This document shows, in pieces, positions 44,228 through 53,849 of a DNA stretch of 64,000 nt. The position numbers and the translations under genes are program-made. The notes under the pieces were generated by a model that had not been told where the DNA came from, searched no databases, and saw nothing but the letters and a program-made list of their open reading frames with translations. This DNA is from a virus. The DNA is taken from the IMG/VR virus record IMGVR_UViG_3300000956_000011, positions 1,212-65,211 of that record. One strand, written 5' to 3'. Each line of letters begins with the position of its first letter. The stretch's first letter is position 1.

Positions 44228-45085
44228 TCAGTCCTCCTGCTTGCCAATGAACTTGAGCAGACCGAGGTCGTCTGCAGTTACCGGGAAACGCCCCGGTTTC
44301 AGCTCTCCGTCGTAAACACGGTCGGTTGTCTGAATGAATTTGGAGAAGGCCGTATCCACCGGACAGCTCTTCTCGCAGTCCGGAGAGGGATGCGTCAAGA
44401 AGTACATCCCGCCTTCCTCGACGACGAACATGTGCGCTTCCGTCGTGTGGTACTGCCGCATTATCTCGCCGCAAAGTTCGTCGTACACCTGGAGCAGAAT
44501 GGGCTCTGGGCACCAGTCCTCGATCTGCCTGCGCTGACGCTGGTACAGCGCCACGAACGCATCCTGGCTCATACCAACACGAAGCAAGTCTTCGGAAGCG
44601 TTGAGAACGTGCACGATCTTCGGCATGATCTTGTCTACCGACCGCACGAACTTCGCCACGTGATCCAGTTGGCGCTCGTACTTCTTGACAGTGCGAGCGA
44701 ACCAAGGGAGGCGACCCGTGAACTGTACGTAGATGCGCATCGTTGCCAGCTCTTCGCGCTTTTCCTTGGCCGCGTATTCCTCTGGCGTGATGTCGTGCGT
44801 CGGAGTATCCCCGGCATACACCTCCGCAGCGTCGTGCACGAGGGCGTACTGCGCCACCTGTCCCAGCGGGTAGCGTTCATAACCGGCGCGCAGGTTGACG
44901 AGCTCAGCCAGTGCTGGCGCTATCCAGCCGATCATGACCGTGTGGTCACTATCCGATTCGGGGGTGCCGTCGGGGTGCGCCACGCACGTTCTGTCGATAC
45001 GCCCGAAGCGCATCGCAAGTTCTCCGAGCTCAATAACTGCCTTGGTAGTACTGACGATCTCTACTTCGCCGAATGTCGGTCCCAT
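44228..45085 (-). CDS. HD-domain 5'-deoxynucleotidase/dNTPase (YfbR-like) with C-terminal extension
   Basis: RFGRIDR...ESDSDHT...LVHDAAEVYAGDTPT...VRSVDKI. Confidence 0.85.
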   Translation of the reverse strand: MGPTFGEVEIVSTTKAVIELGELAMRFGRIDRTCVAHPDGTPESDSDHTVMIGWIAPALAELVNLRAGYERYPLGQVAQYALVHDAAEVYAGDTPTHDITPEEYAAKEKREELATMRIYVQFTGRLPWFARTVKKYERQLDHVAKFVRSVDKIMPKIVHVLNASEDLLRVGMSQDAFVALYQRQRRQIEDWCPEPILLQVYDELCGEIMRQYHTTEAHMFVVEEGGMYFLTHPSPDCEKSCPVDTAFSKFIQTTDRVYDGELKPGRFPVTADDLGLLKFIGKQED

Positions 45086-45162
45086 GGTGCTGCCTTTCAG
45101 CATGAGGTGCCCTGCCTGATCCTTCATACGCCAGCCAACCAGGCCAGCGATAGTTGACCCGC

Positions 45163-45486
45163 CTAGCTAGCCGTATCCGATTCTTCGGCAGGATGCAAGC
45201 TCCACCTCAATTCGGTTACACAGACGGCGAGAGCCGCCAGTACCCTTTCCAGGGCCTTGCGGTCTCCACGAGCGAACTTGGCCGCCATGGCTGGCGCGAT
45301 GCCTGCCTCCGTCAGTGCGCCCATGCGCTGAACCACTTTGGCCTCGCTCATCGACCAGTCGTATTGCATGCCACCGAAGCCTCGTCCCGGTGCAGGCACG
45401 GGCTTGATGTAGCCCTTGACGATCCAGTTGTCCAACTGGCGTCGGGTGATCTTGGCCCAGCTGATCACCTGGTCGCTGTTCGGCAT
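45163..45486 (-). CDS. MerR-type HTH protein (107 aa)
   Basis: ITRRQLDNWIVKGYIKP...G....W...V..M..L..AGI. Confidence 0.8.
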   Translation of the reverse strand: MPNSDQVISWAKITRRQLDNWIVKGYIKPVPAPGRGFGGMQYDWSMSEAKVVQRMGALTEAGIAPAMAAKFARGDRKALERVLAALAVCVTELRWSLHPAEESDTAS

Positions 45487-45498
45487 CCTTATTCCCCT

Positions 45499-46134
45499 TC
45501 AGTACAACCGATGCAGACCGGCCATGTCTCCGGCTTGGAAGACCCGCTTGCCGGTACTGCATGGCAACGTCTTCGCCGCCATTACCTGAGACGGGTCACT
45601 GGCATGACCCAGTCCCAATATGTGACCGGTCTCGTGAACTAGGACGCCCCACACGTCGAACTTGTCCGTACAACCTGTCGGAACGTTACCCACGAAGTAC
45701 TTCCGACCAGTACTCAGGAGTACGTCCGATTCGACCATACGAGAACGCCTTGTCCACGTGCAGGTGCGCGCCACCGCCGAGAGGCTTCCCCAGCCGATCA
45801 CGCTCACCTTGTCGCTACGGCCACACTGGGTCGCACTGGGCACGCCAGGGCGCGCGGTCGTCGTACCCCGGTACACCTGCCGCACCTGGACTCCAGACAG
45901 CCCGCAAGCGTTCTGACCGCTGAAGGCGTTGGCCACCGCTCGGCGTGCCGCAGCCAGCCCGTCCACGGGCTGCCCCGTCGGATTGTAGTACCAGTTGAAG
46001 GTGTCCGTCACGCGCCAACCGGTCAACGAGTAGGCTGCGGAATCACAGCCAGGGGAGGCCATTGCCGGACTCATCGGTGTGATCACGATCATTCCCACGA
46101 TCAACGTGAGGGCGAGCACCAATGGTTTGTTCAT
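45499..46134 (-). CDS. secreted matrixin-like metzincin protease (211 aa)
   Basis: Signal peptide; HETGHILGLGH is HExxHxxGxxH; Met-turn SQVMA. Confidence 0.85.
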   Translation of the reverse strand: MNKPLVLALTLIVGMIVITPMSPAMASPGCDSAAYSLTGWRVTDTFNWYYNPTGQPVDGLAAARRAVANAFSGQNACGLSGVQVRQVYRGTTTARPGVPSATQCGRSDKVSVIGWGSLSAVARTCTWTRRSRMVESDVLLSTGRKYFVGNVPTGCTDKFDVWGVLVHETGHILGLGHASDPSQVMAAKTLPCSTGKRVFQAGDMAGLHRLY

Positions 46135-46171
46135 TGTGTTCCCTTTCATTCGTCGCCCCCGACGTTTTCGG

Positions 46172-47416
46172 TTAACGGGCAGCGCCCGGGTCCAGCAGCC
46201 ACTCGGCGGGGCGAATGGCAGGGATAATGTCGTGCCTGGTTTCCTTGTCGGCCCACATGAACAGCTCTGGGTGCGGCTGGTCCCACTTGCGTTTTCCAAG
46301 ATCGGCCTGAACCGACCACTGTGAACTGTCCCGGCCGATGGCTGCGTTCGCGTCCACCCGATCGCGAATGCTGCACTTACGGTCGAAATTGGCCTTGAAC
46401 TCGCACTTGCCCGTCAGGTAGCACACCGGTCGAAACAAGTCCGCGATGGCCTCGTACTGCCAGCGATCGCTATCCCATGCCAGGTCGAGGAAACTCTCAA
46501 CGTGCTCGTCGCCGAGATTGCGCGCTGCCGTCTTGAGACCAGCATACGGGCTGTACTCGCGAATGGCCTGTGCGATCTGCGCGAACACCAGCCGCCACTC
46601 GAACTGAGCCTGCGTGCACAACCGGTTCCCTGCGTGGTCCAGCAGGGCACGCAGGTCCGTGCAGTAGTGCAGGCGCGTGAGAGTGTTGTGCGGCAACAGA
46701 CCCCGCGCGTCCTCGGCGGGCATCCCCATGTCCACCAGCTTCTTGTATTCGCGGCCGATGACCTTGACCGCATTGTCCCAGTGCTCGCGCTGCCGCTCGG
46801 CGTCGCTGGCCAAGTCTTCCTCCTCCCAGCTCACCCGACTGCCCTCCGTGCCCGCCAGGGACGGAGGCAGCCCAACGGGCATGTCCTCCTTCACCGCGAA
46901 GCGAAGGCTTTCCTGCGCGTACACCGCCGTGCGCTGCCGGACCATCTGGTGCGTGAAGGCACGCGTGACACCCTCGATCATGAAGTGGAACTTGACGAAC
47001 TCGTACGGGGCCTTGAGCTTCGTGGCTTTCAACTGCTCCACGTATTCCTGACGCTCCGCGTGCGTCACATCCCGCAAGCTACGCGCCACCTCGCCCTTGT
47101 ACATCTTGGAAGGAGCTGCGATCACGGCCAGGGGGTCGGTCGTCATCCACAGGAGATGTACCTTGGGACCCTGCGTAGCGTCGATGGGCTCCGCCGTGAA
47201 CATGGCGCTGTCCGCCCACTTCTGCACGGTCTTTCCGGGCACCACACGGTCTGCTTCGTTCTCCAGATTCGCGTAATACTGGCGCTCCGCGAAGGACTGC
47301 TCCCGACCAGGTCTCTCGTTTTCCACCACTTCTCCGTTCAGTTCAGCCATGATCTGCGTCACGGCCTCGTCCATGTACTTGCGAGCCAACCGAAGCCCGT
47401 CTGACCCCGGTCTCAC
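46172..47416 (-). CDS. thyX: flavin-dependent thymidylate synthase-like protein (variant motif; start may be internal)
   Basis: EGVTRAFTHQMVRQRTAVYAQESLRF; EDARGLLP; RLCTQAQFEWR. Confidence 0.85.
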   Translation of the reverse strand: MRPGSDGLRLARKYMDEAVTQIMAELNGEVVENERPGREQSFAERQYYANLENEADRVVPGKTVQKWADSAMFTAEPIDATQGPKVHLLWMTTDPLAVIAAPSKMYKGEVARSLRDVTHAERQEYVEQLKATKLKAPYEFVKFHFMIEGVTRAFTHQMVRQRTAVYAQESLRFAVKEDMPVGLPPSLAGTEGSRVSWEEEDLASDAERQREHWDNAVKVIGREYKKLVDMGMPAEDARGLLPHNTLTRLHYCTDLRALLDHAGNRLCTQAQFEWRLVFAQIAQAIREYSPYAGLKTAARNLGDEHVESFLDLAWDSDRWQYEAIADLFRPVCYLTGKCEFKANFDRKCSIRDRVDANAAIGRDSSQWSVQADLGKRKWDQPHPELFMWADKETRHDIIPAIRPAEWLLDPGAAR

Positions 47417-47673
47417 TTGGCACCAACGCGAGGGCGTCTGCCACTACCCGCACAATGCCGACAGGTCGCGCGGCCACCTAGCGCTCCGACGCGCCACCCC
47501 TGGCCCTTGCAGTGCCAGCACTTCTTCTCTGGCCCGAAAATCAGGCTCAGCTTCCACACAGCGGCGGCTATCCCCAGGAGCAAGACGATGGACCACGGCG
47601 CAGGAGTGGGTGCCCCCAGCACCACGAACAACGCGATGATGCCGCCGACGACGAGAACAGGTCCGACGATCAT
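47413..47673 (-). CDS. 2-TM protein with DnaJ-type Zn-finger repeats (86 aa)
   Basis: CWHCKGQG and CRHCAGSG after two TM helices. Confidence 0.72.
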   Translation of the reverse strand: MIVGPVLVVGGIIALFVVLGAPTPAPWSIVLLLGIAAAVWKLSLIFGPEKKCWHCKGQGWRVGALGGRATCRHCAGSGRRPRVGAK

Positions 47674-47933
47674 TTGGCCACCTTCATTTCTGGGAGCGTA
47701 ACGCCCCACTCGTCCGCGATGGCGTTCACAATGTCCAGCAGGCAGGTCTCGTATCCCTCGCGGAACAACCCGTCGTCCTCGGTGTGGTCATCCCACGGCA
47801 GGTCGATTAGTTCGAACGTTGCTTCGTAGCCCCGCTCCAACTCCTCGTCACCCGGTTCATCATTCTTCAACCACGCGGCCAACTGCTTCACACACGCATG
47901 GACGTGTTTGGTCACTGGTGTATTTTCACTCAT
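47670..47933 (-). CDS. hypothetical acidic protein (87 aa)
   Basis: Overlaps neighbours; SD GGGAGG. Confidence 0.65.
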   Translation of the reverse strand: MSENTPVTKHVHACVKQLAAWLKNDEPGDEELERGYEATFELIDLPWDDHTEDDGLFREGYETCLLDIVNAIADEWGVTLPEMKVAK

Positions 47934-48162
47934 CGTTCATGGCCTCCCGACTATTGCAATTCACTTCCCGCGCTACGACGGCCGCCACGTGCAGAGCGCG
48001 GGGAACGGGGCGACCATGCGCGACGAGCAGTTCGGCAAGCCCTGCGGCCAAACTGGGCCAGGTGAGAGCCAGCCTGCGGCATTGCTCTTCGCGGTAAATG
48101 CCTGACCGCTCGGTGAGGTCCAGCAGTTTGCCCAGCGCTGCGAACTGCTCGTCGCCGTCCAT
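47926..48162 (-). CDS. hypothetical protein (78 aa)
   Basis: Overlaps neighbours. Confidence 0.6.
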   Translation of the reverse strand: MDGDEQFAALGKLLDLTERSGIYREEQCRRLALTWPSLAAGLAELLVAHGRPVPRALHVAAVVAREVNCNSREAMNDE

Positions 48163-48623
48163 CAGACCGGCACCACCTTGAACACGTTGCCCGTGTCCTC
48201 GTCCTTGCCGATGGCGTAACCCTCTGTCGACGTGCCGACGACCGTCAGCGTGATAACCGAGGACTGCTCCGCGCGCTCCGCTGCGGTCCAGTCGTTCTCA
48301 CCGAGCTTGGCAGCCAACTTGCGCAGGCGGTCGGCTGCCTGCTCGTCGCTCTCCAGGGGCTTGCTCTCTGGTAGGAGCTCGTTCGGGAAGTCGTGAGGCT
48401 GGCTCTCTGGGCGGTAAATCCAGAGTTGGCCACGGGTCAGGGTGTCTACGTAGATGCCACCCTGGCCGGAACGCGCCTTCTTGCGCAAGTACGAAATAGC
48501 CGACGAGACCTGCGCCGCGCTGGTCTTGGCCTCTCTCATGATATTGCTAATGTGGACGGCTTTGTTCGGATTATCCCGGAAGTACTTCTCGATGGTCTTC
48601 GAGTGGGTGCCGTTTCTTGCCAT
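48162..48623 (-). CDS. winged-HTH protein (153 aa)
   Basis: ISNIMREAKTSAAQVSSAISYLRKK...wing LWIYRP. Confidence 0.68.
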   Translation of the reverse strand: MARNGTHSKTIEKYFRDNPNKAVHISNIMREAKTSAAQVSSAISYLRKKARSGQGGIYVDTLTRGQLWIYRPESQPHDFPNELLPESKPLESDEQAADRLRKLAAKLGENDWTAAERAEQSSVITLTVVGTSTEGYAIGKDEDTGNVFKVVPV

Positions 48624-48712
48624 GATGCTGCCTTTCACTGCCTGGTGAGCCGGTACGTGATGCACAGTACCGGCTCAGCTACAGGCTTGCGGTAGAACGA
48701 AAGAAGTGGAAC

Positions 48713-49420
48713 TTACTGCTCGCCAGCGTCGAACGGGATGATGAGTCCGTTGTGCGCGTAGCTGAACGTGGCGAGATCCTGGACGATCCGTCGGGCAAGG
48801 TCTGCAGGTGGGAGGCCTTCGGGCGGGACACCTGGCATGCGGTGCAGTTCTCCACTGAACTGCCTGCGCGTCTCCTCGGTCATTGGCGTGCCATCCAGCA
48901 GACCAGGTTCGTAGCCCCATACCGCGACCCTGCCGTCCCCGGCCAGTTCCCGTGCAGCCACTCTCAAGGCCATGCTGAGGGCTGCCTTGCTGGCGCAGTA
49001 GGCAACGCTGTTGCGCCGGGCGATGCGAGCGCTGTTGCTGCTGATGGCCACGAACTTCTTGGTATTGCCCTCGCGTTCAGGCCGAACCGGACTGGCGAGG
49101 AAGTGCCGCAACAGTTCCATGGGGCCAGTGACGTTGACGCCGAACGAAGTAGACATCTTGGCGGCGAGATACGCGTCCATTATCTCAGTGGTCATGTTCA
49201 TGCCAACTGTGCACACGACAATATCCGGCTTGACTTCGGTCAACACCTCGCCGATCCTGGCGCTGTGCAACAGATCCAGCTTGATGAACTCCTCGTTGAT
49301 ACCTGCGGTGTGAATGGTTCCGAACTCCCAGTCGCACGCAAACATCTCGTCCACGATAGCGCTCCCGAGACTGTCGGTTGCAGCCCCGACGACGAGCACG
49401 TCTGGTTCGACCTCAGGCAT
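48713..49420 (-). CDS. short-chain dehydrogenase/reductase (235 aa)
   Basis: VLVVGAA..SLG, VNVTG, ISS (catalytic Ser), YCASK (YxxxK), PG...TPM. Confidence 0.88.
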   Translation of the reverse strand: MPEVEPDVLVVGAATDSLGSAIVDEMFACDWEFGTIHTAGINEEFIKLDLLHSARIGEVLTEVKPDIVVCTVGMNMTTEIMDAYLAAKMSTSFGVNVTGPMELLRHFLASPVRPEREGNTKKFVAISSNSARIARRNSVAYCASKAALSMALRVAARELAGDGRVAVWGYEPGLLDGTPMTEETRRQFSGELHRMPGVPPEGLPPADLARRIVQDLATFSYAHNGLIIPFDAGEQ

Positions 49421-50042
49421 TGTTCTTCGCATCCCGAATGTTGATTCGCGGCTTGATGGCTGGCATGCCTTCTTTGTCGTTGTTGTTGTAGTAGCTGAAC
49501 CGGCCGTACGAGGAAGAGCAGTGCTGCATGACCTCGAACCCGTTTTTGCGCAAGGCAACACCGACCGACGCGTAGGTCTGCTCGTCCGGCACCTTGAAAG
49601 ACGCGTGCGCCATCACAGCGGCTTGGCGTCCGTGCGCGCAGGCATCGGCGAGGCTGCCGTGGTACGGGCTGAAGCCACTGTGGACACGCATGAGCTCGAG
49701 CCGGTAGTCGAGCTTCTCGTTGCCCAGGAACCAGTACGACACCGAGTAGGCCGACTCGATGGGCAAGGTGGTCACCTCGTCCTCGGCCTGATTGAAGGCC
49801 ACCCACCCGCGTCGCAGCGCACGCGCCATGAAGCCGAACAACGCTTCATCACTGGCGAAGTACAACGCCATCTCATCGATGAAGTACGTGGGGCCGAACA
49901 ACCCACGCACGCGCTCGTTGGCCATATGCCACCTGTCGTCAACCTTCTCCAGAATGTGGTCGACATTTCGGATAGTCACCTTGTCGGGCGTCATCGCCTC
50001 CCGACCCATCATCTGTTGAATGGAGTCCAGAAAATTCGACAT
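49413..50042 (-). CDS. VOC/glyoxalase-fold protein (209 aa)
   Basis: Two beta-alpha-beta-beta-beta units with IDEMAL, RLELM and AHASFKV, matching VOC metal-ligand positions. Confidence 0.55.
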   Translation of the reverse strand: MSNFLDSIQQMMGREAMTPDKVTIRNVDHILEKVDDRWHMANERVRGLFGPTYFIDEMALYFASDEALFGFMARALRRGWVAFNQAEDEVTTLPIESAYSVSYWFLGNEKLDYRLELMRVHSGFSPYHGSLADACAHGRQAAVMAHASFKVPDEQTYASVGVALRKNGFEVMQHCSSSYGRFSYYNNNDKEGMPAIKPRINIRDAKNNA

Positions 50043-50056
50043 GTTGTCCACTTTGC

Positions 50057-53000
50057 CTAACCCTTCAACTTGTCCGGATCTAGGACCCAGAGCTCCGTCG
50101 CGTAAATCGCCCGCCTGTATTCTCGCCGCTTGAACCCACGCACCAACAAGAGATGACGCTTCGGGTCTAGTTCCCATATCAGGTTCTTGTACTTCTCATA
50201 CAGACCCCCGTACCTGTGTACCGTAATGGTCAGGGGTCCGGTTTCGTCTTCACCGAGAATTACCGTCCAGTTCACATACTGCGGCTCTTTCACCGTGGAC
50301 GGATCAAGCTCGTCGCCAGTGCGAGAGCGGTGCAGCTCGTATAGGTCCTTCAGGTTGCGCTCGCGCACCGCCACCAAAGCCACGTGTTCACCCGTCAGCG
50401 GCTCGTACGGCACGTCTTCGGCCCTACTGGTGGGCCTGCGCATGCCTTCCGGCTCGGCGTTGCGGTTGAGCCAACCACGCGCCTTGCTGAGCTTGCGCGC
50501 CAACAGCTTGATCTCGAAAGGATCATCGAGGTCACAGAAGTCCCGCACCTTCTCCATGGTGGCCGGTCCGATGCCTTTCACAGCAACGAAGTCATCCCAG
50601 CCGAGCCCGGTCAGACGCGTAGCTTCGTTGCCCACGAGCGTGCGCCACTCCACCATAGCTAATGCTGTCTTGTCGCCAATGCCAGGGATCTGAACCAGAC
50701 CGGCCAAGAGCCCGTCCCCGACCACCGACCACGATACCTGGCTGCGGGCAGGATCCGGAGGGAGGATAGCAATGCCTTTCGCAGCCGCTTCCTTAAGCAT
50801 GTCGAAACCACGCTCGCCAGGCTTGCAATCGAACTTCTGCAGAGACGCGCAGTAGAACTCCAGCGGGTATTTCACCTTCAGCCACATTGTCCAGTACGCG
50901 ATCATGGCGTACGAAATGGAGTGCGCTGAGTTGAACGCGTACGCGCCAGCGGTTACGAGCTGCTTCCATATCTTGCCTGCGAACAATTCCTTGACGCCGT
51001 TGGCCTTGCAGCCGTCCATGAACAGTTCGCGCATGCGGTTGAACGCCTGCTCGCCTTGCTTCTTGGAAATGAGCTTGCGGATCTTAGCCGCGTTCTCCCA
51101 GCTGAAGTTCGCGAGCTTGCGCACCACCTGTAGGATCTGCTCCTGGTACACGATCTGATAGTTGGTCCACTGGGTAATCTCGTCAACCACCGGATGAAGT
51201 CGCTCCGCCTTCTTACGGCCGTGTTTGACCTGAATGTACTCGGCCGCTGCACCGCTGTGCAACGGACCCGGCCTACTCAGCGCGTTGATGTCGCCCAATT
51301 CCATGAAGTTGTCTGGCTTCACCTCTCGATTTACGGAGCGCATGGCGCGGCCGTCAAACTGAAAGACACCAACTACTTCGTTGCGCTTGAAGGCTTCGTA
51401 CACTTCCTCCTCGTCGAGCGGAACCGTATACAATTCCTCGAGGGTCATGTCGATCATCTTCAGGCACCGAGCGATGACGTTCATTGTGGTCAGACCCAGG
51501 GCATCAATCTTCAGCGCGTTGATGTGCTCAGCGTCATACTTGTCGAAACTGACCACATTGCGCACCAGCCCGGTCTTGGCGTCCTCGCGAGTGTACACGG
51601 CCGCGCCCTCGGTCAGGGGCTGGTTGGCCACCACGAGCCCAGCCGCGTGCACGCTGAACGTCTTCAGGCTGCCCTCCAACAGTTCCGCCTTACGCAGGTC
51701 CGGGAACTGCCTCATGATGGCAGCCACTTTCGGGAACATGGCGATGCTGTCCTCAATGGTTGCGTTACCGCGCAGGTCACCCGAGGACCGTTCAATGATC
51801 ATTTCTTTCACGGTCTTGACCGCGTACTCCGGGATGCGGTGCACGCGCGCAATGTCATCGAGGCTATTCTTGCCCTTGTAGTTCGTGAAGGTACCAATGT
51901 TGCCCACGCGCTCTTCGCCATACAGCTCAACGAGATGCTGGCGGATCTCCCACCTGCGCTCGTCGTCGAAGTCCAGGTCGATATCAGGCAGGTCATGGCG
52001 GTTGGCGTCGATGAATCTCTCGAACAGCAAAGTGGGGAACAGCATGGGGTTGACCTCGGTGATGCGCAGTAGGTAGCACACGAGGCTGGCTGCACCAGAA
52101 CCACGGGCGGGGCCAACGGCAATGTCGTTGTTCTTAGCCCAGCGAACCAATTCCGCGATGACCAGGAAGTAGTCCTCGAACTTCTTGGACAGAATGAGGT
52201 CCATCTCGTACTTGACGCGCTCGCCGTAAATGCGCCGTTCTTTTTCGGTCAGCGAACTGAAACCCCGATACCCCCATCCTTCCCGACACCACTCCCACAG
52301 CAACTCGTCCGACGGGCGCTCGCCCGGGAACTTGAGCTCCTGGAACTTAGGGATGGTGACGTTGCACCGCTCGGCTATTTCCAGGGTGTTGTCCATGGCC
52401 TCATCGGCAAAGGAGCGGTCCAGCCCCGTCCGCATCAGATCCCGATGAATTTCCCCAACTGGGCGCGGAGCTAGCACAATGTCATACTCCCAGCTTTGCG
52501 ACTGGGCCTCCACGGTGTTGCCTTTGCCGCCACGGCCGATTGCGTGCAACACCGGATACATCGACTTAAGCTTCGGATCGGGGTAGTGGCAATCCAGCGT
52601 GGCCACTAGCGGCAGGTCCATGCGCGCGCCCAACTCCGCTAGAACTCCGTTGTACAACCGCTGACGCTTGAGCTGCGGGTGCGGCATGACTTCCAGGTAG
52701 TAACGGTCGGGAAAGGTGTCCGCGAACCACCCTGCTACCCGTTGGGCCGCAGCCATGTCTGCTCGGTCACGCTCGGGGTTCAGCTTGCCACCAATAGCCT
52801 TGTCCGCCAGCAAGCCACCCATGCACCCGCTCAGTACGATCAAGCCCTCGTTGTACTGCTGGAGCATCTCACTGGTAACCGTTGGCTTGTACTTGAAGTT
52901 GCGCCAAGTAGCGGAGACAAGGCGATTCAGGTTTCGATAACCCTCTTCACTTTCTGCAATCACGGTCAGGTGGTGCTTGAGCTGCCCCCGTTCGTCGCCC

Positions 53001-53215
53001 GTCTCGCAGTAGGCCTCCACGCCGAATATCATCTTGATACCCGCCTGTTGGCAGGCTTTCTCTCCTTTGACGTGTCCGCTGACGTTACCATGATCTGTTA
53101 GAGAGAAAGCGGGATATCCAAGCGCGGCCACCGCATTCACATGCTCCTCCACCGGACGGAACCCGTCTAGATAGCTATTGGTGGCATGGTGGTGAAGGTT
53201 GACGAACTGTCTCAA
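50057..53215 (-). CDS. dnaE: DNA polymerase III alpha subunit (phage DnaE)
   Basis: PHP LHHHATNSYLDG and LTDHG; RGSGAASLV; catalytic PDIDLDF; KIDALGL; YAFNSAHS. TTG 53215 after GGAGG. Confidence 0.95.
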   Translation of the reverse strand: MRQFVNLHHHATNSYLDGFRPVEEHVNAVAALGYPAFSLTDHGNVSGHVKGEKACQQAGIKMIFGVEAYCETGDERGQLKHHLTVIAESEEGYRNLNRLVSATWRNFKYKPTVTSEMLQQYNEGLIVLSGCMGGLLADKAIGGKLNPERDRADMAAAQRVAGWFADTFPDRYYLEVMPHPQLKRQRLYNGVLAELGARMDLPLVATLDCHYPDPKLKSMYPVLHAIGRGGKGNTVEAQSQSWEYDIVLAPRPVGEIHRDLMRTGLDRSFADEAMDNTLEIAERCNVTIPKFQELKFPGERPSDELLWEWCREGWGYRGFSSLTEKERRIYGERVKYEMDLILSKKFEDYFLVIAELVRWAKNNDIAVGPARGSGAASLVCYLLRITEVNPMLFPTLLFERFIDANRHDLPDIDLDFDDERRWEIRQHLVELYGEERVGNIGTFTNYKGKNSLDDIARVHRIPEYAVKTVKEMIIERSSGDLRGNATIEDSIAMFPKVAAIMRQFPDLRKAELLEGSLKTFSVHAAGLVVANQPLTEGAAVYTREDAKTGLVRNVVSFDKYDAEHINALKIDALGLTTMNVIARCLKMIDMTLEELYTVPLDEEEVYEAFKRNEVVGVFQFDGRAMRSVNREVKPDNFMELGDINALSRPGPLHSGAAAEYIQVKHGRKKAERLHPVVDEITQWTNYQIVYQEQILQVVRKLANFSWENAAKIRKLISKKQGEQAFNRMRELFMDGCKANGVKELFAGKIWKQLVTAGAYAFNSAHSISYAMIAYWTMWLKVKYPLEFYCASLQKFDCKPGERGFDMLKEAAAKGIAILPPDPARSQVSWSVVGDGLLAGLVQIPGIGDKTALAMVEWRTLVGNEATRLTGLGWDDFVAVKGIGPATMEKVRDFCDLDDPFEIKLLARKLSKARGWLNRNAEPEGMRRPTSRAEDVPYEPLTGEHVALVAVRERNLKDLYELHRSRTGDELDPSTVKEPQYVNWTVILGEDETGPLTITVHRYGGLYEKYKNLIWELDPKRHLLLVRGFKRREYRRAIYATELWVLDPDKLKG

Positions 53216-53297
53216 GTGAACCTCCGTTGGGGGAGGGCGAGGGCTCGCACACATGCAGCTGGGGGAATACATGGTGCGGTAGCCCTCGCCCGGATCT

Positions 53298-53849
53298 TTA
53301 CGGCTTCGGGTGCTCGATCACGGGCCGTGGTCCGCTGCCCTGCCCGCGCTTGCGCGGAGTGGGCTTGGACCTCTCCTCACCAGGTACCGGCACCTCGCCG
53401 ACGACGGGTAGGTTCGTCGCTGTCTGCTCCTCCTGGGGTAGGGGGTCGCCGTAGTGCATTTCGGCCAACCTCCGAGCCTGCTCTGGGTTGAGCGGACCCA
53501 GCTCGAGGCTGTTGACCTGCCCCACGTACGCCAGCCCAGGAGCCTGCACCGTAGATGCCTGGGGTTCGTCGCCCCACTCGACGCCGTCGTCCATGTTGAT
53601 GATCGCGAAGGCCAGCGTATTGATCATATCGAGCATGGTCTCGCGCGGGTGTTCTTTGGTGCCGTTCAACAGGATGTTCCCCCCGCGCCACACCATGTTC
53701 CGAACGCGCTTGGCCTTCTCCAGCACCCGACTGACGTTACCGCGCCAGCCCTGGTCTCTCCAGGAATCGCCGTAATGCAGGTTCTTACTTGCGAAGAGCC
53801 GGGCGGCCTCCGCGAAAACTTCCTCTACACGTGCCTGGCTGTTGCTCAC
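53298..53849 (-). CDS. DUF1599 / nucleotide-modification-associated domain 1 (all-alpha NTP pyrophosphatase-like)
   Basis: LFASKNLHYGDSW...K..R...ETMLDMINT. Confidence 0.72.
   Translation of the reverse strand: MSNSQARVEEVFAEAARLFASKNLHYGDSWRDQGWRGNVSRVLEKAKRVRNMVWRGGNILLNGTKEHPRETMLDMINTLAFAIINMDDGVEWGDEPQASTVQAPGLAYVGQVNSLELGPLNPEQARRLAEMHYGDPLPQEEQTATNLPVVGEVPVPGEERSKPTPRKRGQGSGPRPVIEHPKP

Noticed and set aside
50057-53272. Intein or intron in DnaE, terL or the helicases
   Set aside because: Lengths are ordinary for the families; no C/S...HN splice junctions or LAGLIDADG motifs were seen.
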